Positions 25,753 to 34,481 of a DNA stretch of 39,829 nucleotides are shown in pieces. The notes beneath the pieces are model-generated. The model did no database searches and was not told where the DNA came from. It saw only the letters and a list, made by a program, of their open reading frames with translations. The stretch lies in IMG/VR virus record IMGVR_UViG_3300031159_000077, positions 1-39,829 of that record; one strand, 5' to 3'. The stretch comes from a virus (taxonomy: Duplodnaviria; Caudoviricetes). Numbering within the stretch: the stretch's first letter is position 1; the number at the start of each line of letters is the position of its first letter. A program made the translations under genes and the position numbers.

Positions 25753-26609
25753 GATGTTTCACCTCTCATCCAATCATCAATCAGCTTTATGGCCGCCAGA
25801 ATCGGATAAACCTGCTGCGGAACTACGGCATTTCCGAGGGCTGTAACTCTGTCCACCTGATCGGGAAGCCCATGAGCCACTCCGAAAAACGGGGGTTCAA
25901 ATACATCCCAATAAGTTCCGGGCAGTGGTTTCCAATCCAGCCCACCAACATCGTTCCATGTTCCCCGTTCGCCTCCGAAGGTGCTAACGGACGAATCGGC
26001 TTGTAATCTTGACTTGCTGTTGGTGTCGGCGTTGGAAAGAACCTTCTCAAAATCTCGCCAGGTACGCTGCCCCAACTTCTCGCAGATGGTGGCAGTGAAA
26101 TGTTCTTCCCGTCGTTCGCTGTTGGCGTGGGCCACAACGAAAACCCTGTCTCGTCTGTGTGGGGCGCCGACGGCACAAGCCGGAATAACAAACGCTTGCG
26201 CGGTGTAGTCGAGGCTTTCCAAGTCAGATAAAACGTCGTCGAGCCCCAGAGTGACGTGCCCAGCAACATTCTCGCCAACAAACCAACGGGGCCGGATTTC
26301 CGATAGAAGTCGAGCAACCTCAGGCCAGAGGTGGCGGTCATCTTCCGCGCCTCGTCGCTTCCCGGCGTAACTAAAAGGTTGGCAAGGGTATCCTCCGTGA
26401 ATAAGGTCAATTGTCCCGATTCCATCTCGCTCAAGCACCTCCCGCGTCAGCGTGCATACGTCGTCGTAGATGGGGGCGTGCGGCCAGTGTTTGCGGAGCA
26501 CCTTTTTGCAAAACGGCTCCCGTTCGCAAAATGCCACGGTCTTGATGCCGGCCCATTCGCACGCTAGATCAATCCCGCCGATCCCGCTGAACAGACTTAG
26601 GGCGTTCAT
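25749..26609 (-). CDS. C5 cytosine DNA methyltransferase, alpha polypeptide
   Basis: LFSGIGG (I), GYPCQ (IV), ENV (VI), HRRDRVF (VIII), LGNAVVP (X); no recognisable motif IX in frame. Confidence 0.92.
   Translation of the reverse strand: MNALSLFSGIGGIDLACEWAGIKTVAFCEREPFCKKVLRKHWPHAPIYDDVCTLTREVLERDGIGTIDLIHGGYPCQPFSYAGKRRGAEDDRHLWPEVARLLSEIRPRWFVGENVAGHVTLGLDDVLSDLESLDYTAQAFVIPACAVGAPHRRDRVFVVAHANSERREEHFTATICEKLGQRTWRDFEKVLSNADTNSKSRLQADSSVSTFGGERGTWNDVGGLDWKPLPGTYWDVFEPPFFGVAHGLPDQVDRVTALGNAVVPQQVYPILAAIKLIDDWMRGETS
25823..26425 (-). CDS. Nested out-of-frame ORF, probable MTase beta polypeptide
   Basis: About 200 aa; WPTPTA repeats and LNPRFSEWLMGFP..WT (motif IX); GGGAGGTG upstream. Confidence 0.7.
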   Translation of the reverse strand: MESGQLTLFTEDTLANLLVTPGSDEARKMTATSGLRLLDFYRKSGPVGLLARMLLGTSLWGSTTFYLTWKASTTPRKRLLFRLVPSAPHTDETGFSLWPTPTANDGKNISLPPSARSWGSVPGEILRRFFPTPTPTASQDYKPIRPLAPSEANGEHGTMLVGWIGNHCPELIGMYLNPRFSEWLMGFPIRWTELQPSEMP

Positions 26610-26721
26610 CCTCTCACTTCCTCCACCGCCAGCGCCGCGAAGTCGCGCAGCGGGATCGACACTTCCCGGCCGGAGAGGCACAGAAAACGAGTCGATACTT
26701 TCGCCATGGCTGGGGTGTCAT
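26606..26721 (-). pseudogene. Deleted/frameshifted paralogue of the 25558..25752 gene
   Basis: Start MTPQPWRKYRL in one frame and end REVSIPLRDFAALAVEEVRG in another; both resemble the 64-aa protein. Confidence 0.45.
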
Positions 26722-26969
26722 GTTCCCACCCCTTCCGTCGCATCCACCGTGACTTCGCGGATTCCGTCCCACAGCTCGCGGATTTCTCGCGCCTTTGCAA
26801 GCACGGCAGCCTTTTTCTTCGGCGTCAAAACAATGTCCATGGCTTCCTGGTAGTGCTGCTCAGCCAAGCGGTAGGCCCGGGAGTGGAATTCGTCCATGAT
26901 TCGCCAAAACTCCCGGTATCCGGCTTTGCGCACCCGCTGGTAGAAAGCGCGTTTATCCTCGCGGCTCAT
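26718..26969 (-). CDS. Hypothetical protein
   Basis: 83 aa, overlapping neighbours in operon orientation. Confidence 0.65.
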   Translation of the reverse strand: MSREDKRAFYQRVRKAGYREFWRIMDEFHSRAYRLAEQHYQEAMDIVLTPKKKAAVLAKAREIRELWDGIREVTVDATEGVGT

Positions 26970-27282
26970 CTTTGCCGCCGTCCTTTCCGATCAGCCGAAG
27001 GAAGGTTTTCGCCGGCATGCACACAAGCCACCCTTTACGATCCGCGCGGAACGCCACCATATCAGGTCGTTCGCGGTCGTCTTCGAGCCATCCGTACAAC
27101 ATCGAGAACCCGCCCTTCCGCCGTTTCACCTCGGCGCGAAGCTCCCCCGCCGGCGTCGGCACCAGAACATCGTTCTCAAACCCCAGCTGGGCGCCGCTGA
27201 GGGGGACCCGCCGACCGCCGACCAGTTCGGCGAATTCGCGTTCCCCGCGGAGGCCCTTGTCACGGCTTGTCCTACCGGGCAT
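26953..27282 (-). CDS. PD-(D/E)XK Holliday junction resolvase-like nuclease
   Basis: SRDKG.RGERE...PLSGA...D...EVKRR. Confidence 0.82.
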   Translation of the reverse strand: MPGRTSRDKGLRGEREFAELVGGRRVPLSGAQLGFENDVLVPTPAGELRAEVKRRKGGFSMLYGWLEDDRERPDMVAFRADRKGWLVCMPAKTFLRLIGKDGGKDEPRG

Positions 27283-27433
27283 ACTCGCTCAACACCTTTT
27301 TCAGCTCTTCGATCGCATGTTCAAGCGCTGTGCACTCCGCGTCGATGGTAGGAATGTCACGATAATGCTCATACTTCTTCACATGAGCCTCGAAATCGCC
27401 GATGACCTTTTCGATCGCTTCAACCGGTATCAC
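27272..27433 (-). CDS. Uncalled 53-aa hypothetical protein
   Basis: Own translation MIPVEAIEKVIGDFEAHVKKYEHYRDIPTIDAECTALEHAIEELKKVLSEYAR; GTGA coupling, GGAGG RBS. Confidence 0.65.
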   Translation of the reverse strand: MIPVEAIEKVIGDFEAHVKKYEHYRDIPTIDAECTALEHAIEELKKVLSEYAR

Positions 27434-28845
27434 GCCCATCGCCTCCTCGGATCAGGCTCCCGCCGCTGGACCGTCTCTTCGTGTCCGCGATCCAGCAAAA
27501 CAAACTTGTTGTAATTCTTCAGAAACACCAGCTCGACCGTTCCCACCGGGCCGTTGCGCTGCTTGGCGATTATCACTTCGATGATGTTCTTCTTCTCGCT
27601 TTCCCGGTCGTAGTAGTCGTCCCTGTACAGGAAGGCGACCACGTCGGCATCCTGTTCGATCGAGCCGGATTCGCGCAGGTCGGACAGGATCGGGCGCTTG
27701 TCCTGGCGCTGCTCAACGCCGCGGGAGAGTTGCGAGAGTGCGATGACGGGGACGTCCAGTTCCTTCGCCAGTTGCTTGAGCGCCCGGCTGATCTCGGCAA
27801 CCTCCACCTGCCGGCTTTCGCGTCGTCGAGCGCCCGGATGAATCAGCTGCAGGTAGTCGATGATCACCAGGTCCAGCCCGTGTTCCTTCTTCAGCCTCCG
27901 GCACTTGGCGCGGATTTCGCTGGCCGTGATCGACGCGCTGTCGTCGATGAAGATTTTCCGCTCGGCCAGCGCCCCGACCGCCGGGATCAGCTTTTCCCAG
28001 TCGTCCTCGTACAAGTAGCCGGTCCGCATCCGGCTGGCGTCGATATTGGCCTCCGCGCACAGCATGCGCTGCACCAGGTGCGACGTCGGCATCTCCAAGC
28101 TGAACAGCGCCACCGTCGCGCCGTTCCGCCCCACGTTTTGCGCGATGTTCAGAGCAAATGCCGTCTTCCCGACCGACGGCCGGGCGGCCACGATGATGAA
28201 GTCGCCAGGCTGGAACCCGGCTGTCAACCGGTCCAGGTCAGGATATCCCGAGGCCAGGCCGGTGATCCCGCGGGCGTCCGGGTTCTGGCTCAGTTGCTCG
28301 ATCCGTTCATACGCTTCCACCACCGCCGCCGAGATCGGCACGAAGTCCTTCTTCGGCGCGACTTCCTCTTCGAGGGCCGCGGTGATCTGCTGCACCTTCG
28401 CGACCAGTTCGGCGCCGGACTCCGCCCGCCCGGCCGCCTCAACGAGCCCCTGCACCTGCTGCAGCGCCCTGCGGTGGACGGCGTGGTCCTTCACGATCCG
28501 GACGTGGTGCATCACATTCGCCGCAGTCGGTGTAGCAGAAACCAATTCGGTCAGATATCCGATTCCACCAACCTCGTCCAGCAGCCCCTCGGCTCGGAGC
28601 CGGTTCGACACGGTCACTAGGTCGATCGGTTCACCGTCATCGTATGCCGCAGTCATCGCCTCGTAGATGCGGCGATGTTTTTCCAGGAAGAACTCATCAC
28701 CTCGGAGCTCCTCGGAAACCTGCTCGAACACTTCGTTTTCCAACAGGATGGCTCCGAGCACCGCTGTCTCTGCCTCGAGGCTGTGCGGCATCGGCATGTC
28801 CCCCGGCGGCGCCGGAGGAACCGGAAATTCATACACGTTTCGCAT
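27430..28845 (-). CDS. dnaB: Replicative DNA helicase
   Basis: AARPSVGKT; FSLEM; IDYLQL; LSQLSR; DLRESGSIEQDAD; AKQRNG. Confidence 0.96.
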   Translation of the reverse strand: MRNVYEFPVPPAPPGDMPMPHSLEAETAVLGAILLENEVFEQVSEELRGDEFFLEKHRRIYEAMTAAYDDGEPIDLVTVSNRLRAEGLLDEVGGIGYLTELVSATPTAANVMHHVRIVKDHAVHRRALQQVQGLVEAAGRAESGAELVAKVQQITAALEEEVAPKKDFVPISAAVVEAYERIEQLSQNPDARGITGLASGYPDLDRLTAGFQPGDFIIVAARPSVGKTAFALNIAQNVGRNGATVALFSLEMPTSHLVQRMLCAEANIDASRMRTGYLYEDDWEKLIPAVGALAERKIFIDDSASITASEIRAKCRRLKKEHGLDLVIIDYLQLIHPGARRRESRQVEVAEISRALKQLAKELDVPVIALSQLSRGVEQRQDKRPILSDLRESGSIEQDADVVAFLYRDDYYDRESEKKNIIEVIIAKQRNGPVGTVELVFLKNYNKFVLLDRGHEETVQRREPDPRRRWA

Positions 28846-29164
28846 AGCATCTCAGCTCCTCCCGCAGACGCGCCGGCGGCGGGACAGCTCGTTCGCGGAG
28901 CCGGTCCAGTTCGGCGAGGTAGCGCCGCGTCTCCTCGACGCCGGGGACGGTTGAGCGCTCTTCGCTGTACCCGCGGCGGATGTCGGCGGGCGTCGGTGGG
29001 AATGTACTTTCCTTGGCATGTTCCTCCAGACTTTCGCAGGCCGCGTCAAAAGGGACATCTCGCAGTACACGCTGCCACGCTGCGGCTTTGTCATCATCTG
29101 CCATGAAAGCTGGGTAAAAGTGTGCGATCCGTTCAAAGAGCATCCAAACTTCGTCCAGCCTCAC
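28829..29164 (-). CDS. Helicase loader/inhibitor (SPP1 G39P-like)
   Basis: I..FYP.F...W..VL.D...FPPTPADI; between initiator and helicase. Confidence 0.78.
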   Translation of the reverse strand: MRLDEVWMLFERIAHFYPAFMADDDKAAAWQRVLRDVPFDAACESLEEHAKESTFPPTPADIRRGYSEERSTVPGVEETRRYLAELDRLRERAVPPPARLREELRCYAKRV

Positions 29165-30065
29165 GTTCTCTTGCCTCCTTCGCCTTCTGCCGGAAGTATT
29201 CAGCCTTGCTCAGTTTCTTTGGCGGCGAGCCAAGGGCGACCGGGGGGAGTGGCACCCCCTCGGGGACTGGCACCCCTTCGGTTATGGCTTTCTCTGCCGC
29301 CCATGCTTCGAGGATCGCGTTCTTGTAATAGGCGAAGCTCGAAATCCTGGCGCCCTGCGCCGTGCGCTCCTCGTGGACGGTCCGCATGACTTTGATTATT
29401 AGCGCCGCCGGGATCCCGCGGGCAATCAGCTCTGTCATGAGCGTGATGTCCAGCGGCTTCACGTGGATGTCGAGCTTCTTGTGAATCTCGCAGAACGCGG
29501 CGAACACTTTTTCGAACTCGACCCTCTCATCATCAGCAGTAGTAGCAGCAGTAATATCACTTGATATATCTTTTTTAGAGTGGACATTTTTGTCCGGGTG
29601 ATCGGACATTTCTGTCCACTCTCTCGGTTCTGATCGGGCAAATTTGTCCGGTCTCTCACTTTCGGATTGGACATTTTTGTCCGTTCTGTCTTTTGGAGAA
29701 TGGACATTTATGTCCGATCTCTCGAGTTTAGAGTGGACATTTTTGTCCAGTCTCCTTTTTGAGTTTCGGACTTCAAGAATGATGCCGTATGGCGCCCGAG
29801 AAACGCGAATGTATCCGTTATGCTCCAGAGACTTAATCCACCGTCGGATCGTCTTCTCGTCCACGCCAAACGGTTCAGCCAATTCCGACAGCTTCAAAGG
29901 CTTTTTCCCATGCACGAGCCCCCAGGTTACCCCTTCCTCGTCCACGACCTCTTTCGTCGTTGCGCTGATGCACCAGGAGAAGAACCACAGGGCCGTGCCT
30001 ATTTGCTTGTAATGCTTCGGTTCGAAAATTCCCGAATACATAGGGAAGGGGTAGCTGCCGTTCAT
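29133..30065 (-). CDS. Phage replication initiator
   Basis: N-terminal winged HTH, internal DKNVHS repeats, C-terminal ISSFAYYKNAI DnaD-like motif. Confidence 0.82.
   Translation of the reverse strand: MNGSYPFPMYSGIFEPKHYKQIGTALWFFSWCISATTKEVVDEEGVTWGLVHGKKPLKLSELAEPFGVDEKTIRRWIKSLEHNGYIRVSRAPYGIILEVRNSKRRLDKNVHSKLERSDINVHSPKDRTDKNVQSESERPDKFARSEPREWTEMSDHPDKNVHSKKDISSDITAATTADDERVEFEKVFAAFCEIHKKLDIHVKPLDITLMTELIARGIPAALIIKVMRTVHEERTAQGARISSFAYYKNAILEAWAAEKAITEGVPVPEGVPLPPVALGSPPKKLSKAEYFRQKAKEAREREAGRSLDAL
29582..29748. repeat. Replication origin iterons: six GGACA-N4-TGTCC palindromes
   Basis: Copies at 29582, 29604, 29636 (GGGCA variant), 29669, 29702, 29735; adjacent AT-rich tract. Confidence 0.85.
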
Positions 30066-30069
30066 GGGT

Positions 30070-30795
30070 TCATCCCCTTGCTGTTGATTGCCTCGAGGCC
30101 ACATAAACCGGCTTCCCGGTCACTTCCTGTACCCGCCGGCGGAAGTATGCTTCGTCGCTATTCGAGTCCGACAAGTGCAACAGGTGGATCTCTTGCACCT
30201 TCGATAGATCATTGGCCCGCAGGAAATCCAGCACATTCTCCAGGCTGAAATGCGAGCGGAGTAGCCGCGGCCGCATGGCCGGGTGAACGCGGCCGGCTTC
30301 GATGTTCTCGTTCAGGATCCGGAGCGAGTAGTTGCATTCGACTGCGATATGCGTCAGACCGCTGAACGTGTACCGGCAGTAGTAGCTGTCTGTGATGAAC
30401 ACCAGCTTTTCGCCGTCCCGGTTCGCCAGGAGGAACCCGAGCGGCTGTTCGGCGTCGTGCTCCACGTCAAACGGCAGGATGGTCCACGTCCCGACCTGGA
30501 ACTGCTTCTTGGCCTCGATATGCTTCACGCGGTGCCCGATTAGCCCCCGGGCGGCGATAGTGCCGGCGCTGGCGTATACGTCGATGCCGGCACGTGCAAG
30601 GTCGGAAGCTGCCCGTGAGTGGTCCAGGTGTTCGTGGCTGATCAGTACGCCGGCCAGGCGCGAGACACGGAAGTCGAGCGCCTTCCGGATATCCGCGAAC
30701 CGGAGGCCGCACTCGATGAGCAATTCGGTGCGGCCGTCCGTCACGTGGTAGCAGTTTGCGGAGCTGCTGCTGGCGAGCGAACGAAACCGGATCAT
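30070..30795 (-). CDS. MBL-fold metallohydrolase (probable exonuclease)
   Basis: SHEHLDH; HDA; ITD; HLS motifs. Confidence 0.88.
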   Translation of the reverse strand: MIRFRSLASSSSANCYHVTDGRTELLIECGLRFADIRKALDFRVSRLAGVLISHEHLDHSRAASDLARAGIDVYASAGTIAARGLIGHRVKHIEAKKQFQVGTWTILPFDVEHDAEQPLGFLLANRDGEKLVFITDSYYCRYTFSGLTHIAVECNYSLRILNENIEAGRVHPAMRPRLLRSHFSLENVLDFLRANDLSKVQEIHLLHLSDSNSDEAYFRRRVQEVTGKPVYVASRQSTARG

Positions 30796-31988
30796 CAGAA
30801 TCCCGGACCGGCGCTCGCTGCGGCCGCCGCAGGCTCGCCGAAGTCCATGACGCCCTGGCCATCCCCGCTGTCACCCCAAGGGTCGGCGGCGGGCTTGTCC
30901 ACCCTTTGCGCCTTCGCCGCCGGTCTTTCAGGTTCCGGCTGAGGCGCAGCGGCCGGTTGCGGTTCGGGTTCGGGTTGAGAATCGGGGGTGGGCTGCCCTT
31001 CAGTTTCATCCGCAACAGGTTGCGCCTCGACGTCGATGGGCTCACGGTTGGCGTTCTCCGCGATCTCCCGGCGGACTTCCGCATAGGTTTCGTCCGTCGC
31101 CTCATGGTAGGTCATCTCAATGAAGGCGTTGCCGAAGTCTTTCGGGATCTTCTTCACGATGTTGTTGCGCATTTTGCGGATGATCATGGCCTCCCGGCTG
31201 TGGTATTCCGTCCAGGCCGGGCTGATCCATTGTTGAAGCTCGGGGTCATCGAGAGCCTTGAGCCCCAACTCTTTGGCTTTCTTGAGGATCGCGGCTTTTT
31301 TCTCCGCGATTTTCTTCAGTTCCTCGGGTTTGGCCTCGAACCGACTCTTTGCGATCCCGAAGGTTTCGTTCATGAGGTTGTTAGCGATATGCGCCACCAA
31401 ATTCCGGGCCACATCGTCACGCTCGGCGATGTAGAATTCCACGGTTCCGTCCTTTTTCAGGATCGGGTACACCACCCGGACGACCTCGCCTTTCCCGGTA
31501 GGCCGCCACTTCGGCGGGATGACATCGAAACCGGTATAAACCGGGTATTCGAACTCGTCATGCTCGCGCACAAGCCAGAATTGTCCGACTTTGGCGATGT
31601 CGCGGCCGAAACGGGCGAGGATGGCGTCGTTGCCGTCGCCTTCGATGCCCATTTCGATTTGCTTCTTCCACTCCGTGACTTCTTTTCCGTCGACCTTTTT
31701 CTTGACCTGGACATTCCGGAGTTGGAAGTAGACTTCACGGGGGCTGGCCGCCGCGTTCAGTTTGAGCGCGGCGACATTCATGAGGATCTGGGTGATATTG
31801 TTGCGGTCAAGTTGGGGGTCGTCCCAGACGACCCCGTTTTTATCCAATACGGCGTTGATCGCTCCGATTGCATTTATCACACATTGCTTCGAATACTGGT
31901 CCATCTGTACACCGTTCGATGTAAGCTGGCGCTCAATCATCGGGGCGAAAAGGTCGGTCACTTTCACAAGAGCGGTCGAAAAGCTCAT
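30795..31988 (-). CDS. RecT-like single-strand annealing protein
   Basis: Position between ATPase and MBL nuclease; EVYF.LRN...GIEGDG; acidic Pro-rich tail ending PGF. Confidence 0.62.
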   Translation of the reverse strand: MSFSTALVKVTDLFAPMIERQLTSNGVQMDQYSKQCVINAIGAINAVLDKNGVVWDDPQLDRNNITQILMNVAALKLNAAASPREVYFQLRNVQVKKKVDGKEVTEWKKQIEMGIEGDGNDAILARFGRDIAKVGQFWLVREHDEFEYPVYTGFDVIPPKWRPTGKGEVVRVVYPILKKDGTVEFYIAERDDVARNLVAHIANNLMNETFGIAKSRFEAKPEELKKIAEKKAAILKKAKELGLKALDDPELQQWISPAWTEYHSREAMIIRKMRNNIVKKIPKDFGNAFIEMTYHEATDETYAEVRREIAENANREPIDVEAQPVADETEGQPTPDSQPEPEPQPAAAPQPEPERPAAKAQRVDKPAADPWGDSGDGQGVMDFGEPAAAAASAGPGF

Positions 31989-31989
31989 G

Positions 31990-33981
31990 TCACACAGCCT
32001 CCTTCATCGTTTTTGCTTCCGTTTCAACCTCCACCCGCAACTGCTTGTCCGCCGCCGATACGATGAGCCTGATCTGCTGGCCGGGCGTGTCCAGCGGACG
32101 GGTAATCGACTCAGCATTGTCGATAAATATGGGAGCGCAGATTCCAAAGTGCTCGCTGAGCGTAGAGATGATGTCGAGGCCCACGTTGTGCCGTGCGGCG
32201 TTGTTCAGGCTGCTGTACGGCACGCCGTCGACCATGACCTCGCAGGTCTCCTCCAGGCCACCGTTGATCTGCTCGCGGAAGAGCTTGAACCTAGCCAACC
32301 GGAATTTGCTGTTGATCCGGCTTTCCAGCAGGTCCACCTTCGTCCGGGTGAACTCGTCCAGCAGGTGCAGTTCGCGCTCAAGTCGTTCGAATTCGGCGGA
32401 CAGTTCCTTTTCGCGCTGCTCCAGTTCGGTGATGCGTCGGCGTGCAGCCTCCGCCAGCTCGAACTTCGCCTTTTCGCGCTCCAGTTCGGCGATGTGCGCC
32501 TCATACCCGGCGATTTCCGCGCGGATAGCGGCCACGGCCTGGGTGGTGGAACGCTGCAGGCTGGCAATTTCAGCCCGCAGGGCGTCGATTTCGGCCAGTT
32601 TGGCCTGATATGACGGGTCAGCCGTCACGTCGACGCGGGAGGCTTCCAGCTCGGACAATGCTGCGACAGCCGCGGCGTGGGCTTCCTTCTTCACTTGCAG
32701 GTCGGCGCGCAGGGTTTCGATCTTCTCCCGGGCCGATTCATTCTCGGCCTGCAGAGCTTCGATCTCAGTAGCCAGCGCCTTCCCGGCCCGGGTGATCGAT
32801 TCAAGCTCGCGAGCCTTTTCGAGGTTGAACTGCTCCTCGGCCTTCCGGCGGGCCTCAGCAATCTTCTCGGCTGGCAGCGGCTGACCACAAGCGGCGCAGG
32901 TTTCGTCATGCTGGTGGCCTTCGAATTTCCGCCCATCGACCTCGTACCACTTTTGGCGCAAGCGTTCCCGTTCGCCACCCTTGAGCTGGATCGCCATCTC
33001 ATTCTGGTTAATCCGGCGCTCCAGCGCGTCGATCTGTCGCTGCAGATCCTCGATTTCCATCCGCAGGTGGGTTTCCTCCCGGCGCGCCGCGGCGATCTTC
33101 TCCAGCGTGTCACCCTGGAGCCGGTTCTTGAGTTCGAGCATTTCGCCTTCGATTTCCCGGATGCGGTTCTGCTTGGCCGTGACCTCGCCACCGGATTGTA
33201 TCCGGACGATTTCCTCCTGTTTCATCCGGATGATGTCGCGCAGCTCGTCGATGTGGGATTCGTAGAACTGCTCTGATTCCTCCGGCAGCTCCGGAATGGA
33301 CCTGGTCGCTTCATCGATTCGGACCGGGATGCGCTCGAGCTGTTCGTTGATCTCCTTTCGTTTGGCCGCGACCATCTTCCGGTGCTGCTCGATGGTCCGG
33401 CCGTCCAGGATTGCCGGCAGGTCAGCCAGCGCGCGGTCGGATGCGATGACTTCGTCGTCCGTCAGATCGCCGCAGATTTCCAACAGGATCTTCCGCCGGT
33501 CCTGCCACTTCAAAACCTCGTTGAAATAGCGCGGGTCAGTCAGCAGTCGGAAAAGCTGTTCGTCGACGATAGCAGCGACCGCCGCCTCATATTCGCCCTT
33601 CTTCACGGGTACACCGTCGACGAAGTAGTCCGTCGTGTGCCCGGAGAATTCGGCCGTCGCGCTACCGCGCTTCTTCGTCCACACTTCTTTGTAGACTCGG
33701 CGCAGCGTCGTCCGGCGTCCGTCAATGGACAGAACTGCCTCGACTTCATGCTCGAGGTTGTGGATCGGCGTTCCGTCTGAAAGTAGCGTCTTGATTTCGA
33801 AGTTGGCCTGATTGGCCGAGTCCTTGCCGAACAGCAACCACGTCCATGCATCAAACAACGTGGTCTTGCCGACAGCATTGTCGCCGTAGACGTTCACGTC
33901 GACACCGCGGGCATCCAGCGTAAAGTCCCGGATGCCCTTGAAGTTGCGGAGCGTGAGTCGCTCCAGAACGATCTGCTTCAT
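31990..33981 (-). CDS. SbcC/Rad50-like coiled-coil ATPase
   Basis: LRNFKG; GDNAVGKTT; CAACGQ zinc hook; IFIDNAES. Confidence 0.9.
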   Translation of the reverse strand: MKQIVLERLTLRNFKGIRDFTLDARGVDVNVYGDNAVGKTTLFDAWTWLLFGKDSANQANFEIKTLLSDGTPIHNLEHEVEAVLSIDGRRTTLRRVYKEVWTKKRGSATAEFSGHTTDYFVDGVPVKKGEYEAAVAAIVDEQLFRLLTDPRYFNEVLKWQDRRKILLEICGDLTDDEVIASDRALADLPAILDGRTIEQHRKMVAAKRKEINEQLERIPVRIDEATRSIPELPEESEQFYESHIDELRDIIRMKQEEIVRIQSGGEVTAKQNRIREIEGEMLELKNRLQGDTLEKIAAARREETHLRMEIEDLQRQIDALERRINQNEMAIQLKGGERERLRQKWYEVDGRKFEGHQHDETCAACGQPLPAEKIAEARRKAEEQFNLEKARELESITRAGKALATEIEALQAENESAREKIETLRADLQVKKEAHAAAVAALSELEASRVDVTADPSYQAKLAEIDALRAEIASLQRSTTQAVAAIRAEIAGYEAHIAELEREKAKFELAEAARRRITELEQREKELSAEFERLERELHLLDEFTRTKVDLLESRINSKFRLARFKLFREQINGGLEETCEVMVDGVPYSSLNNAARHNVGLDIISTLSEHFGICAPIFIDNAESITRPLDTPGQQIRLIVSAADKQLRVEVETEAKTMKEAV

Positions 33982-34004
33982 GCTTTACCTCCTCGTGGCC
34001 GCCA

Positions 34005-34068
34005 TGATACAATGGCAGTGATAACTCGTTTGGGATGGCCCGCCTGCCCGCGGGTCATTTTTCGTTTT
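34005..34068 (+). ncRNA. Candidate short antisense RNA unit
   Basis: TGATACAAT then ATGGCCCGC-CTGCCC-GCGGGTCAT hairpin plus T tract. Confidence 0.45.
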
Positions 34069-34228
34069 CCAACCATTCGATCGCTTGTTCCAGAGCTCGA
34101 GCTGTGCGGGCGTTTTCGTTGTCGCAATCATATCCGTGCTCAAGACCACGCGCCCAAACCTCTTCGGATTTCCGCTCAAACTCCGATTTGAGGCCCTTCA
34201 AGCGGATAATGACCTCTTGACGATCCAT
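34055..34228 (-). CDS. Uncalled 57-aa hypothetical protein
   Basis: Own translation MDRQEVIIRLKGLKSEFERKSEEVWARGLEHGYDCDNENARTARALEQAIEWLENEK; AGGTGA RBS. Confidence 0.7.
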   Translation of the reverse strand: MDRQEVIIRLKGLKSEFERKSEEVWARGLEHGYDCDNENARTARALEQAIEWLENEK

Positions 34229-34481
34229 CTTATCACCTGCCTTTCATTTGGTTTGCGAGGTGGGCAGGGAGTTGCACCACCTCGGATGCGTCAGCCGCAT
34301 CGTGGAGCGCTCGATCCGGTGCAGGGGTGTGACACCGTTCGAACGCTCGACGATGGGGCCGACGGCCCCTATGCGACGCCGCTTTCGATCGCAGCGTCGA
34401 GAGAGAGGCCGAGGCACATCACCCGGGCGTAGGCCATCGTGATGGCAGCCTGCTCCGCTGCTTTCGAGAGCCAGCGGAATT

